This document shows, piece by piece, positions 42,066-51,512 of a stretch of DNA of 64,000 nt. Source of the DNA: Bacteroidota bacterium (GTDB taxonomy: Bacteria > Bacteroidota > Bacteroidia > NS11-12g > UBA9320). The stretch is from the NCBI GenBank assembly GCA_018700895.1, contig JABIUV010000014.1, positions 49,086 through 113,085 on the forward strand. The letters are read 5' to 3'. Every line of letters starts with the position of its first letter. The stretch's first letter is position 1. Below the pieces are notes generated by a model. It saw only the letters and a program-made list of their open reading frames with translations, was not told where the DNA came from and searched no databases. Both the position numbers and the translations under genes were made by a program.

Positions 42066-42578
42066 ATGAAACTAATACAATTAACTATACTATGCTTTGG
42101 CCTACTATCTATGATGGTATCGTGCTCTCCAGAAGCCAACAATAGTAAAGAATTTTCCATTGATACAGTCCTTACGGCTAGCGGTCCACTCTTTGAAGGA
42201 AGTAATACCTGCCAAGCAGAAATAAGTTCGAATATAGCGGAGTACATAAAAGAAAATGGAATTTCTAAAGAGCAAATAGTCGATATAACTTTGAAATCTG
42301 CAGCAGCAAGTATTGATACCAGCAACCTAAACTTAGTAGAGTCTATCAACCTTCAAGTGTTTTCTGACAACTTCCCTATGCAGAACGTAGCCTTTGCCAA
42401 TGTAGAAGAAGGAAGCCAAATAGTGCAGCTAGAGGTAGCAGACGTACAAGAGCAGCTAAAGGCTATACTCTTTGACGGTAAAAGCTACATCATAGCAGAT
42501 GCTACAATAAAAGAGGACTTGGATGATGATTTGAACTTACCAATGAACTTAAATTTTAGCATAAACTATCACAAATAA
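42066..42578 (+). CDS. Hypothetical lipoprotein
   Basis: Lipobox MVSC; first gene of a 3-gene unit; TAATTTTG upstream. Confidence 0.75.
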   Translation: MKLIQLTILCFGLLSMMVSCSPEANNSKEFSIDTVLTASGPLFEGSNTCQAEISSNIAEYIKENGISKEQIVDITLKSAAASIDTSNLNLVESINLQVFSDNFPMQNVAFANVEEGSQIVQLEVADVQEQLKAILFDGKSYIIADATIKEDLDDDLNLPMNLNFSINYHK

Positions 42579-42579
42579 A

Positions 42580-43068
42580 ATGAATAACATGAAAAAGAGT
42601 ATAACCTTAGTAGGATTATTAGCACTACTTTTTACCATTAGCAGTTTTACTTCTAACCCAGCTTCTGTACAAGATGGCGGTGATGACATAATAGGTATAT
42701 GGGAGCCGAGCAACGGCAAGGCAAGAGTGAAAATAGAAAAAATCGGATCTAAGTACTACGGAAAGATAGTATGGCTAAGAGAGCCAATAGACCCAGCCAC
42801 AAGCAAGCCAAAAGTAGATAAAAACAATGAAGACGAAAAAATGAGAAATGTGCCGCTCAGAGGATACAGAATGCTCAAAGATTTTACCTACGATGAAGCG
42901 AGCAAAGAGTGGACAGATGGTACCATCTATGACCCAGAAAGTGGGAGTCTATACAACTGCGTGATTACTATGAAAGATGATGTACTCAACATACGCGGAT
43001 ATGTAGGGGTAAAAGCTCTAGGTAGAACTGATACGTGGAAAAGACTAAAACTTAAAAAGAAAAACTAA
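42580..43068 (+). CDS. DUF2147-family exported protein
   Basis: IIGIW..YYGKIVW..WTDGTIYDPESG..RGYVGVKALGRTDTW. Confidence 0.88.
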   Translation: MNNMKKSITLVGLLALLFTISSFTSNPASVQDGGDDIIGIWEPSNGKARVKIEKIGSKYYGKIVWLREPIDPATSKPKVDKNNEDEKMRNVPLRGYRMLKDFTYDEASKEWTDGTIYDPESGSLYNCVITMKDDVLNIRGYVGVKALGRTDTWKRLKLKKKN

Positions 43069-43072
43069 GCGT

Positions 43073-44185
43073 ATGAAAATGGTTTTGAAGCGTGCTACGT
43101 TTTCCCTAATTGTCTTAAGCTTGGCTAGCGTAGGTTTTGCACAGTTGGATTCTAACTATGTAGAAGAAGAGGAAGATTATAGTATGTACGACGATGTAGA
43201 AGACGTGGGAGAAATAAAGACCTATTGTAGTCCAAAAATTTTTGATCTGAGTCCCAATAGATTTCTCTCGCTAGGCTACGATGTAACCGGAAGTGGAACG
43301 CTAAAAACTAGCGACGAAGGTGCTTACAAGCCAGATGATGATGTGGCAAGAAACGACCAAAGCGACTTAAAGTATCATGGTATACGTATAAATGCCAATA
43401 TCCCAGTGATATCTAAATCCAAATTGGTATGGCAGATAGGCGGCGGGTTTAACCAAGCGAGGATAGCCACCAATCAAATAGCAAATGCAGGAGACCATAA
43501 TCTGCTGCTCGATGAACTAGAAGAAAATCTCACGAGCATAAATCTCAATACGACCATATTTAAACCCCTCGGAGAGAAGAATTTTCTACTTTTACAAGTA
43601 CTCGCGGAGCAAAACGGAAACTATACTTTTGGCTCCTCGGGCAGCAGTCCAGATCTTGCTAATACCAAGTACTCTGCCACCGGCTTGTGGGGCAAGAGAC
43701 CACATGACAGATTGCAGTGGGGTGTAGGAGTCTCCAGAACTTACCGTGCAGGAGAGCTAAACTATATACCCGTGGTGATGTATAATTTTACCGCAGAAAA
43801 CAGAAAATGGGGAACAGAGATTCTCTTTCCTGCAAAAGCATTTTACCGCAGAAAGATAGATTCTAGAAATATCCTATTAGCAGGATTTGAGCTAGAAGGA
43901 AGCTCATACAGATTGTATAACACTAAATTCAATGCACAAAACTTAGAACTACGCAGAAGTGAGATTCGCCTGAGACTAGACTACCAGAAACAGCTAAAAG
44001 GCTTCATATGGATGGGTATACAAGCAGGAGCTGTCTTAAACTACTCGTACAATACAGATGACCTTACAGCCACTAGCAATACAGACTTTTACAGAGGATT
44101 CTTTGGGGACCAGACGTATGCATTTAGCAATGCACTGAGCCCAATGCCATATGTAAATTTGAGTTTGAACTTGGTGAGTAAATAG
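43073..44185 (+). CDS. Outer-membrane beta-barrel protein (DUF6268-like)
   Basis: Signal peptide, amphipathic strands, WGVGVSRTY..IPVVMY..WGTEILFP. Confidence 0.65.
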   Translation: MKMVLKRATFSLIVLSLASVGFAQLDSNYVEEEEDYSMYDDVEDVGEIKTYCSPKIFDLSPNRFLSLGYDVTGSGTLKTSDEGAYKPDDDVARNDQSDLKYHGIRINANIPVISKSKLVWQIGGGFNQARIATNQIANAGDHNLLLDELEENLTSINLNTTIFKPLGEKNFLLLQVLAEQNGNYTFGSSGSSPDLANTKYSATGLWGKRPHDRLQWGVGVSRTYRAGELNYIPVVMYNFTAENRKWGTEILFPAKAFYRRKIDSRNILLAGFELEGSSYRLYNTKFNAQNLELRRSEIRLRLDYQKQLKGFIWMGIQAGAVLNYSYNTDDLTATSNTDFYRGFFGDQTYAFSNALSPMPYVNLSLNLVSK

Positions 44186-44402
44186 GTGTTTAGAGAAATA
44201 CCGTTTACTGAGTACTCTCTTACTACCTACGCTAAAAGTAGATCCTGATATTGTTAAACCAAGGCTTTTGAATGCCTAATAACAGTTAAACAATAGAAAG
44301 GTGCACATATCTCGTTTCTTTCCAAATCTTACGTCGTTAGAAAAAATGATCATAACTTGTTCCTCCGCTAAAGTTGTGGCGACACGCGGACGGCTATGCT
44401 AT

Positions 44403-44445
44403 TTTTTTCTACTACTTAACAGTATTATTTTTGGGAAAGCCTACA
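44403..44445 (-). mobile_element. Isolated IS3-like terminal sequence
   Basis: TGTAGGCTTTCCCAAAAATAATACTGTTAAGTAGTAGAAAAAA, 36/43 identical to the end at 46671. Confidence 0.55.
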
Positions 44446-44524
44446 AGGTATTAAGCTTTTAGTCTGATACATCTAATTTATACCGTCGATTATAATTTTC
44501 TATTGCAATAAATCCAAAAGTTTA

Positions 44525-44712
44525 TCCGCCGTAGGAGGAGACGTTTCACAGTTTCCCTCCTGCACTACCCTCTGGCAGACACGTGTTATTTATGTTTATC
44601 ACACGAGTTTATCCCGATAGCCATCGGGACATACCCATACACAGGTAAATTCGAAACCGAAGACCTTTCACTACATCTTCGACCGAGCTTGGATGGAGTT
44701 CTCAGATGATGA
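44525..44712. repeat. Cluster of REP-like palindromes
   Basis: tccgccgtaggagga; tcccgatagccatcggga (44612-44629); catcttcgac..ctcagatg. Confidence 0.5.
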
Positions 44713-44740
44713 GATCCTCGCCATCCGCAAACGCTAACTC

Positions 44741-45355
44741 TTACCCTCTCAGCTCCCGCCAAAAGTCCCTAAAACCTTCTTTGGTAAACATTTTTTTGAA
44801 CTCGATCCACAGGGTTGTTTTGGGTGGAGGAGTAGGTTTTAGTTTTTGGTACTCATCGGGGTCACGGGAGTCTATGGTTTTCACGCCCAGTAAGTCGTCG
44901 CTGTACTTAAATCGCTCCCTCGCTCTGGCTGTAAATCCCAACTTTTGCTCAGCGAGGCCCAAGTTGTTGAGGGTAATGGCATCTTCAGGGTCCAGCTCTA
45001 GGGCTTTGGTGTAGTCGTCTACACTTCCTTCGGTATTGCCTGTTTTGTCGCGTATGTAGGCTCTGCAGCTGTAATAGTAGGCATTGGTAGGCTCTAGGGA
45101 TATTGCCTTGTCAAAATCTTGGATAGCGTGCTTGAAACGCAAGTTAAACTTGCATACGCCGCGTTCGTTGTAATATTCAGCCTTATTGGGCTCAGAGGCT
45201 ATGAGGGTGTTCCAGCAGTTCATGGCTTCTTCCCATTGCTTTGTTTTTTGATAGGCAAAGGCTGCTAGGGGCAGATGTTCTAATGGCGGATGGGCTCCAA
45301 GTGTGGCGAGTACCTGATCGTATTGGCCGTTGTCATATAATTCTTGTACGCTCAT
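44741..45355 (-). CDS. TPR-repeat protein
   Basis: YYNERG..AIQDFDKAISLEP, DYTKALELDP..NNLG. Confidence 0.85.
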   Translation of the reverse strand: MSVQELYDNGQYDQVLATLGAHPPLEHLPLAAFAYQKTKQWEEAMNCWNTLIASEPNKAEYYNERGVCKFNLRFKHAIQDFDKAISLEPTNAYYYSCRAYIRDKTGNTEGSVDDYTKALELDPEDAITLNNLGLAEQKLGFTARARERFKYSDDLLGVKTIDSRDPDEYQKLKPTPPPKTTLWIEFKKMFTKEGFRDFWRELRG

Positions 45356-45359
45356 AGGT

Positions 45360-45710
45360 TTAAAACAATTTTGGGATGAAAATGATTGTGGCTACTACCA
45401 CCGCAAACATACTTGCTACCAATACGGCTCCGGCACTTACGTCTTTTATGATTTTAATCTGGGCATCGTGTTGGGTGGTGATTCTGTCACATACCCCTTC
45501 TATGGCCGTATTGAGCATTTCGCTCACCCATACCAGGCAGATGGCCAAGGCAATCCATAACCACTCCATAGCCGCTAGGCTGCAGTAATATCCCATCCCG
45601 ATGACCACTAGCGATGCGACAAGGTGAAACTTGGCGTTTCGCTCCGTGGTGATGAAGGATTTTATCCCTGCCAAGGCGTGTACAAATGCGTGAAGGTAGG
45701 TACGTAGCAT
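45360..45710 (-). CDS. dgkA: Diacylglycerol/undecaprenol kinase
   Basis: ERNAKFH, EMLNTAIE..D, KDVSAGAVL; start ATG 45710 just after TACCTTTG. Confidence 0.88.
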   Translation of the reverse strand: MLRTYLHAFVHALAGIKSFITTERNAKFHLVASLVVIGMGYYCSLAAMEWLWIALAICLVWVSEMLNTAIEGVCDRITTQHDAQIKIIKDVSAGAVLVASMFAVVVATIIFIPKLF

Positions 45711-45797
45711 ATACACAAAGGTAGGAATAATGGATGTAGGAATACGCTTGTAATACGTGTTCCTGCAGAACAGATATATTCGCCCTATCCAAAACCG

Positions 45798-46373
45798 ATG
45801 AGCGTAGAACAAGACCTAAGAGATAGAGGAAACGATAGCTGCGAGCTATGTGGAGGCAAAAGTGGACTTACGGTATATCCCGTATCTCCCAAGGATGGGA
45901 GCTCTGCCGAGCATTGTGTGATGACCTGCGAAACCTGCCACCACCAGCTGCACCATACCGATAGCATAGAGCCCAATCACTGGCGGTGTCTAAATGATAG
46001 TATGTGGGCGGAGGCCAATGCCGTAAAAGTAGTGGCGTGGCGTATGCTGCATCTGCTAAAAGACGAAGGTTGGCCTGCTGACCTGCTCGATATGATGTAC
46101 ATGGACGAAGAGACCACTGCTTGGGCCAAGGATGGCTCCGACGATACAGCAGGGAGTGGCGTAGTACACAAGGACAGTAATGGCATTACCCTCCAGGTAG
46201 GTGATTCGGTTGTACTTATCAAGGATTTGCACGTAAAAGGAAGCAGTATGATTGCCAAGCGGGGTACGGCAGTACGCAATATTCGTCTAGACCCTGATAA
46301 TGAGACCTATATAGAAGGAAAGGTAGGCGGGCAAACCATTGTTATCATCACCGATTATGTGAAAAAGACGTGA
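45798..46373 (+). CDS. PhnA-domain protein
   Basis: CELC..CETC, NHWRCLNDSMW, DSNG..LQVGDSVVLIKDL.VKG. Confidence 0.85.
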   Translation: MSVEQDLRDRGNDSCELCGGKSGLTVYPVSPKDGSSAEHCVMTCETCHHQLHHTDSIEPNHWRCLNDSMWAEANAVKVVAWRMLHLLKDEGWPADLLDMMYMDEETTAWAKDGSDDTAGSGVVHKDSNGITLQVGDSVVLIKDLHVKGSSMIAKRGTAVRNIRLDPDNETYIEGKVGGQTIVIITDYVKKT

Positions 46374-46577
46374 TGTTTTTCGGTGATAGTGGCCTCTGAG
46401 CAGTTGATGTGGGAGTAAGGTGGTTTATTATCCGCAGTGAGTGAATAGTGAGACGTGTTCGCTGTGGGGAGGGGCTTTTATGAGAGGGTTTACAAGACGT
46501 ACGCTTAGTTATTCTGCAACTTTTTTATCCTTTGATTAAAATATGGAATTCATACTTGCTCCACTTTTGAGGCAGTC

Positions 46578-46671
46578 TTCAGGTGTAAACTTACTCTTTC
46601 TCATTTTTGTGCTATTGAGTTTAATTACTTTTTTCTACTTCTTAACAGTACTATTTTTTTGGAATCTTACA
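46578..46671 (-). mobile_element. IS3-family left end with the first codons of OrfA
   Basis: Starts 5'-TGTAAGATTCC..; ATG at 46604 gives MRKSKFTPE, like IS3/IS407 OrfA N-termini. Confidence 0.65.
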
Positions 46672-46988
46672 TTCAAGAGTTCTCTCTGTGGGTTTGTAGT
46701 GATTGAGAAAGATAATATATTATTTTCCAGAGCTCATCTTCTCTTTAGGTCCATATCTATTGCTAAATCCCTAAATCTAAATTTCGTCTGTATTTAATTG
46801 CCCTTTATAAATTATCAGAAGTTTCGCTTTAGCCCGAAAGTCTCCATTGGATGTGTATTCGACTACAGCAATGACATCTGAACTGTCAATCATTTCTTTA
46901 CAGTCAGGGTAAATCCAACTTCCGCTTTGGCTTGAAGTGTCGAAAGGGTAAGAAGGAGAATAGGCAATATTATGGTTAGTCGTTTCAT
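46672..46988 (-). pseudogene. Exported protein pseudogene interrupted by the IS3 remnant
   Basis: MKRLTIILPILLLTLSTLQAKA signal peptide, then shifted frame WIYPDCKEMIDSSD..GFSNRYGP with in-frame stops. Confidence 0.6.
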
Positions 46989-47168
46989 TTTTTACATTAG
47001 GGGCAACACAAGTATACGTGTACTACACATATATCTCATGTTTTTCTACTTATCAAATTTACCTTTTTTTGAGCTAAAGTCCAAACGGGTGGAAACCCTT
47101 ATTTGGTTGGGTATGACCCAAAGTCAGGCGTATGCGGAGCAAGGACGAGCTACTACCCGACGCTCTCC

Positions 47169-48500
47169 CTATATCAATCCCCGAGACTTGATCTCCAGGT
47201 ACTTGTCTATGGTGTCTACCGTGAGGTGCTTGGGGTCGGTGAGCAAGGTCTGTATGCCTTGTTTGTTGAGCTCCTTTACCATCAGTTTTTTCTGGAAACT
47301 TAGTTTTTCGGCAATCGCCTTGTTGTAGTAATCGCTCTGGTGGGTAGCCTCAGATTGTACTACCTTTTCTATCTCCCTGTTTTTGAAAAATACCACGAGC
47401 AGCACATTGTTCTTAGCTATGCCTTTGAGGTACGGGAGTTGGCGTTGGAGGGAGTTCATATCCTCAAAATTGGTAAACAATACCATCAGGCTACGGTGGT
47501 TTATCTTAAACTTGATATCGGCATACAGTTTTTCGAAGTTGCTCTCATAAAACTCCGTTTTGAGATTGTATAAGGCACTCAGTATTTTGGGCAACTGCGA
47601 TACGGCTTTGTCGGCTGGGAGTATCTGATTTACACGCTTGTTAAAATGGAGCATTCCAGCTCTATCGTGCTTGCGTATGATGATATGGCTCAAGGCCAAG
47701 GTGCTATTTATGGCATAGTCTAGCAGGGTTAGCCCGTCAAAAGGCATTTGCATTGCTCTGCCGCTATCTATAAGGCAATAGACCTGCTGTGCTCGCTCTT
47801 CGGTATACTGATTTACCATCAACTCACCACGTTTTGCACTTGCTTTCCAGTTGATGTAGCGTATGTCGTCTCCTTTTACATAGTCTTTTATATGTTCAAA
47901 TTCCATACTCTGACCGATGCGTCGGGTCTTTTTGGCACCTATGTCGCGGGTGTAGTATTTCAGATTTTTGAGGCTATACCTATTCAGGTGTATGTAGGAT
48001 GGGTACACGGCTATCTGCTGACTAGCCCGTAACTGATACTTGCGTTGGATCATTCGCAAGGGTGATTTTACTAGTACTACAATATCACCAAAGTCATACT
48101 CGCCCCGTAAGGTCGGGATTATAGTGTATTGGAGTTCTTTATTTTTATGGGGAGATAGCAACGTGTCAAATTTCTGTCCACGCATATTGAGCTGGTACGG
48201 TAGTTCGTCATATATACGAGCCGATACCGGAAAGGAGTACGTACTGTCTATACTTAGCACACAATCATTCTCATCACCATTACTCAGGATGGCATTGATT
48301 TGGCGTGAGCCTGTGATGTGAGACCCACGGTATAGTAACCCTACATCGAGCAATAACAAAACGACCAAAACAGCAACTACCACCGTACCTGCCAAGGTAT
48401 ATGGCGGGTAAAAGTGACCCAGCGTATATAACACAGCGGCTATTCCTAGCCCTATGAAAAATACACTATTGAGCAGTATGCTATTCCAAAATTTTGCCAT
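47169..48500 (-). CDS. DUF58 (vWA-like) protein
   Basis: EFEHIKDYVKGDDIRYINWKASA, LIDSGRAM. Confidence 0.9.
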   Translation of the reverse strand: MAKFWNSILLNSVFFIGLGIAAVLYTLGHFYPPYTLAGTVVVAVLVVLLLLDVGLLYRGSHITGSRQINAILSNGDENDCVLSIDSTYSFPVSARIYDELPYQLNMRGQKFDTLLSPHKNKELQYTIIPTLRGEYDFGDIVVLVKSPLRMIQRKYQLRASQQIAVYPSYIHLNRYSLKNLKYYTRDIGAKKTRRIGQSMEFEHIKDYVKGDDIRYINWKASAKRGELMVNQYTEERAQQVYCLIDSGRAMQMPFDGLTLLDYAINSTLALSHIIIRKHDRAGMLHFNKRVNQILPADKAVSQLPKILSALYNLKTEFYESNFEKLYADIKFKINHRSLMVLFTNFEDMNSLQRQLPYLKGIAKNNVLLVVFFKNREIEKVVQSEATHQSDYYNKAIAEKLSFQKKLMVKELNKQGIQTLLTDPKHLTVDTIDKYLEIKSRGLI

Positions 48501-48505
48501 GTGGA

Positions 48506-49564
48506 CTATCTTGGTATTTCAGTGCCTTCTATGAGTTCTTTTACAATCGTATCTGGCGTGATGCCTTCCATCTCTTTCTCAGGAGATACAACCACACGAT
48601 GGCGTAGGGCGAGTGCAGCTACGCTTTTAACATCCTCGGGTATCACAAAGTCTCTTCCGCTTATAGCTGCTTTGGCTTTGGCGGCATTGAGTATGCTTAT
48701 AGACGCACGTGGAGATGCTCCTAGGTATAGCATAGGGTGATTTCGGGTTTGGTTTACCAAGCTGGCGATGTAGCTGATGATAGATGATTCCACTTCTACA
48801 TCTTTGGCGGTTTGTTGCAACTCGGCCACGTTGGCCGCGTTCAGTATGGGTTTCACGTCAGCCATCTCATCGGTACCGTGGCGTGCATTATGATTGGCGA
48901 GTATCGTTGTTTCTTCGTCTATGCTAGGGTAGTCTAGGTTTATCTTAAATAGGAATCGGTCTAGCTGAGCCTCTGGCAGTCGGTAGGTTCCTTCTTGCTC
49001 TATGGGATTTTGCGTAGCGAGTATAATAAAGGGCTTATTCATATCATACTGGTTTCCGTCTATGGTGATTTGTCTCTCGGCCATTACCTCAAAGAGTGCC
49101 GACTGTGTTTTGGCTGGAGCCCTGTTTATCTCATCTATAAGCACAATGCTCGAGAAAATAGGCCCCGCCTTGAATTCAAACTCGGTGTTTTTAGGATTGA
49201 AAACCGAAGTACCCAATATATCGGATGGCATCAAGTCTGGCGTGAATTGTATCCGCGAAAAGTCTACATTCATAGTGCGAGCTAGGAGCTTAGCACTTAG
49301 GGTTTTAGCGATACCCGGCACCCCTTCTATAAGGCAATTGCCATCTGCTATGATACCTACTATAAGTGCATCTATCAGCTCTTTTTGGCCTACGATTACC
49401 TTATGGAGCTCGTGGCGTATAGCTGCTACGCTGTGCTGTAGCTTACTGAGTTCTATTTTGGGTTCAAAAGAAGGAGTGCTCTCCTCTGGCAGTGGGGTAG
49501 GATTAGGTGTAGCTTCTGGTGCTGCCTGCTCTTCGTTCATTGGTGTGTTTTCTTCTGTACTCAT
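48506..49564 (-). CDS. moxR: MoxR-family AAA+ ATPase
   Basis: GVPGIAKT, RIQFTPDLMPSD, DEINRAPAKTQ, EAQLDRF, GASPRAS. Confidence 0.93.
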   Translation of the reverse strand: MSTEENTPMNEEQAAPEATPNPTPLPEESTPSFEPKIELSKLQHSVAAIRHELHKVIVGQKELIDALIVGIIADGNCLIEGVPGIAKTLSAKLLARTMNVDFSRIQFTPDLMPSDILGTSVFNPKNTEFEFKAGPIFSSIVLIDEINRAPAKTQSALFEVMAERQITIDGNQYDMNKPFIILATQNPIEQEGTYRLPEAQLDRFLFKINLDYPSIDEETTILANHNARHGTDEMADVKPILNAANVAELQQTAKDVEVESSIISYIASLVNQTRNHPMLYLGASPRASISILNAAKAKAAISGRDFVIPEDVKSVAALALRHRVVVSPEKEMEGITPDTIVKELIEGTEIPR

Positions 49565-50754
49565 TGGTTTAATTTTATAAGTGATATTCCGTTTTCTATA
49601 GCTTCACTAAAACGGATAAAGCCCGCCTTGTCTAGTGTTTTGCTGTATCTAATCTTGTTGAGTTGTGCTACGAATTTTACTAGCTTTCGCTCATCTACTT
49701 GTGTTTTGGTGGCTAGGGCTTTTCTGAAATTTTCGTCTAGCTCTTGTGGGTCCAGGTAGTATCGCTCTTTTATACGGTCGAGCACATAATTGGCTCGGTA
49801 CTTGGCTATTGCAATTTGATTTTCTTCGTTTACAAAGAGGTTGGCCACCAGGTTCATAAAGTCGATACTGTTATTTCGCTCAGGTCTTAGCACGGGTATG
49901 GCTCGGGTTACTCGCTTATAGTTAAACCCAAAGAACAATAAGGCCAATGCTATGAGCGTGATGAAAGCAAAGGTGAGTGGCTTACTGCCATATATGTAGC
50001 GAAGCAATCCGGCAGTGTCACCTTCACTGGGTGGGGTGTTGTATCGTCGTTTTGTGCCATAACCGTCCCACACGAAATAGTCGGTGTATTTCAGGTATGA
50101 GAGTGTATTGAGAGCATATCTACCGTCTTCGTCTTGGAGCATATGGTAGTTGCTAAATACGTCGGGTTGGGCGTGTAGATAAAGTTTATTGTTATAATTT
50201 GCCAGTCGTATCGCGATAAAATTGGGGTAGGTGCTATCGCCTATCGTTACCGAACCCAGTACCGTGGCATACGGCGGTATTTGGCTAAAGTAATTGGCTG
50301 TTTCCCTTCTATTTTTGAGGGTAAAGTGCTGGTCTACCGTGCTCAGTCGTTCGAGAGTAAATTGGAACTCTGCAGCTGAATCTCGTTCTATTTCTATACT
50401 GTATTTCTCTATGCAGTGAGCATTGCGGTCTTCGGTAGCGATAAAGAGTGCGTTATCCTCTTTGGCATACTGTTCCAACTGTGCGTACTCCAGTGAGTCT
50501 GGATAAAATTTAGGATTGACGTACATATACGTACTTAATCCATAAGCCTCCGAGGCTAATACTTCGTCTGTTCTATCCTTGAGTATATCGGTGTAGGCAT
50601 CTGGAAAAATATTTTCGAGCTGCTCTTGAAATATCTTGGTGCCGTATGGTGTTTTGTGCTGCGACTCGTAGTAGGGAGTCCAGTCAGAAGGCATGTTGCA
50701 GGCAGATAGCAATAGACTTGCTAGGATTGCAATATGTAAATTTTTCACCTTCAT
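49561..50754 (-). CDS. DUF4350-like lipoprotein with a C-terminal TM segment
   Basis: Lipobox LSAC, W...Y...KTPYGT, FVWD, NNSIDF; cluster position. Confidence 0.7.
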   Translation of the reverse strand: MKVKNLHIAILASLLLSACNMPSDWTPYYESQHKTPYGTKIFQEQLENIFPDAYTDILKDRTDEVLASEAYGLSTYMYVNPKFYPDSLEYAQLEQYAKEDNALFIATEDRNAHCIEKYSIEIERDSAAEFQFTLERLSTVDQHFTLKNRRETANYFSQIPPYATVLGSVTIGDSTYPNFIAIRLANYNNKLYLHAQPDVFSNYHMLQDEDGRYALNTLSYLKYTDYFVWDGYGTKRRYNTPPSEGDTAGLLRYIYGSKPLTFAFITLIALALLFFGFNYKRVTRAIPVLRPERNNSIDFMNLVANLFVNEENQIAIAKYRANYVLDRIKERYYLDPQELDENFRKALATKTQVDERKLVKFVAQLNKIRYSKTLDKAGFIRFSEAIENGISLIKLNQ

Positions 50755-51512
50755 TTCACCTTATCTATTTGTGTTACAAATGTTTGTTCCACCGTAGCAA
50801 AAAGCTCCGCAGTCAACGCTTTCTTACCATACCATACGTACTCAAATATGTAGCTCATTTTTACAAATTGCTCACTGCGAGTAGCATCGTCTATTTCGGT
50901 AAGGTATTCCGCATTGGTTTTGTCGTGGTGATAGGTGATTACCTTGTGGTCTTGTAGTTTTTTCAAATACATCAAGAAGTAATACCGTACTGCCAACGTA
51001 TAGTTATGCTCAGTCTTGGCTCTTGCTAATAATCCTTCCAGACTATTGTCGTCTAGTTCTTCGGGCTGTGCTATGTCATTCTCCGTTTCTTGTGCGGAGA
51101 TTACTCTGTTTTTCTCGCCGCGTTTGTTTAGTCTGAGATTACTAAGAGCGAGGTATAAAAAATATAAGCCAGCCAGAGCTACGAGGAGTAATATGGCTTT
51201 AAAAATAAAACCGATTACTGGGCCAAAATTAGTAGATCCTGTATCTTTCTGATGAGATGGTTTTTCGTTCTGTTCTTCTTTCTCTTCGTCCTCTAGCTCG
51301 CGGTAGTTGTATTCAGCTCCCGTATAGTCAGACTTGTATTCCACATCTGCGTCTAGGTAGTCCCCGCGGGTAAAATCGGTACGGTCTATGTCGTCTACAC
51401 CATCTTCTTCTATGACGGTTTCATACAGTTCAGCCTCCACTTCGTAATCGTCAAACTGGCCAAAAGCCAACTGACCAAGGAGTAATATGCAAACCAGACT
51501 ATACTTCCTCAT
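50751..51512 (-). CDS. DUF4129-domain protein
   Basis: AVRYYFL, KTNAEY, FEYVWYG. Confidence 0.8.
   Translation of the reverse strand: MRKYSLVCILLLGQLAFGQFDDYEVEAELYETVIEEDGVDDIDRTDFTRGDYLDADVEYKSDYTGAEYNYRELEDEEKEEQNEKPSHQKDTGSTNFGPVIGFIFKAILLLVALAGLYFLYLALSNLRLNKRGEKNRVISAQETENDIAQPEELDDNSLEGLLARAKTEHNYTLAVRYYFLMYLKKLQDHKVITYHHDKTNAEYLTEIDDATRSEQFVKMSYIFEYVWYGKKALTAELFATVEQTFVTQIDKVK

Noticed and set aside
41861..46677. 12-bp match cttacattcaag at 41861 and near 46666
   Set aside because: A 12-mer match is expected by chance in 64 kb of AT-rich DNA and does not extend.
46543..47328. Plus-strand ORFs 46543-46797 and 46972-47328, and likewise 41541-41747 and 38474-38758
   Set aside because: Low-complexity Phe/Leu-rich frames, mostly antisense to remnants or genes on the minus strand, with no family motifs.
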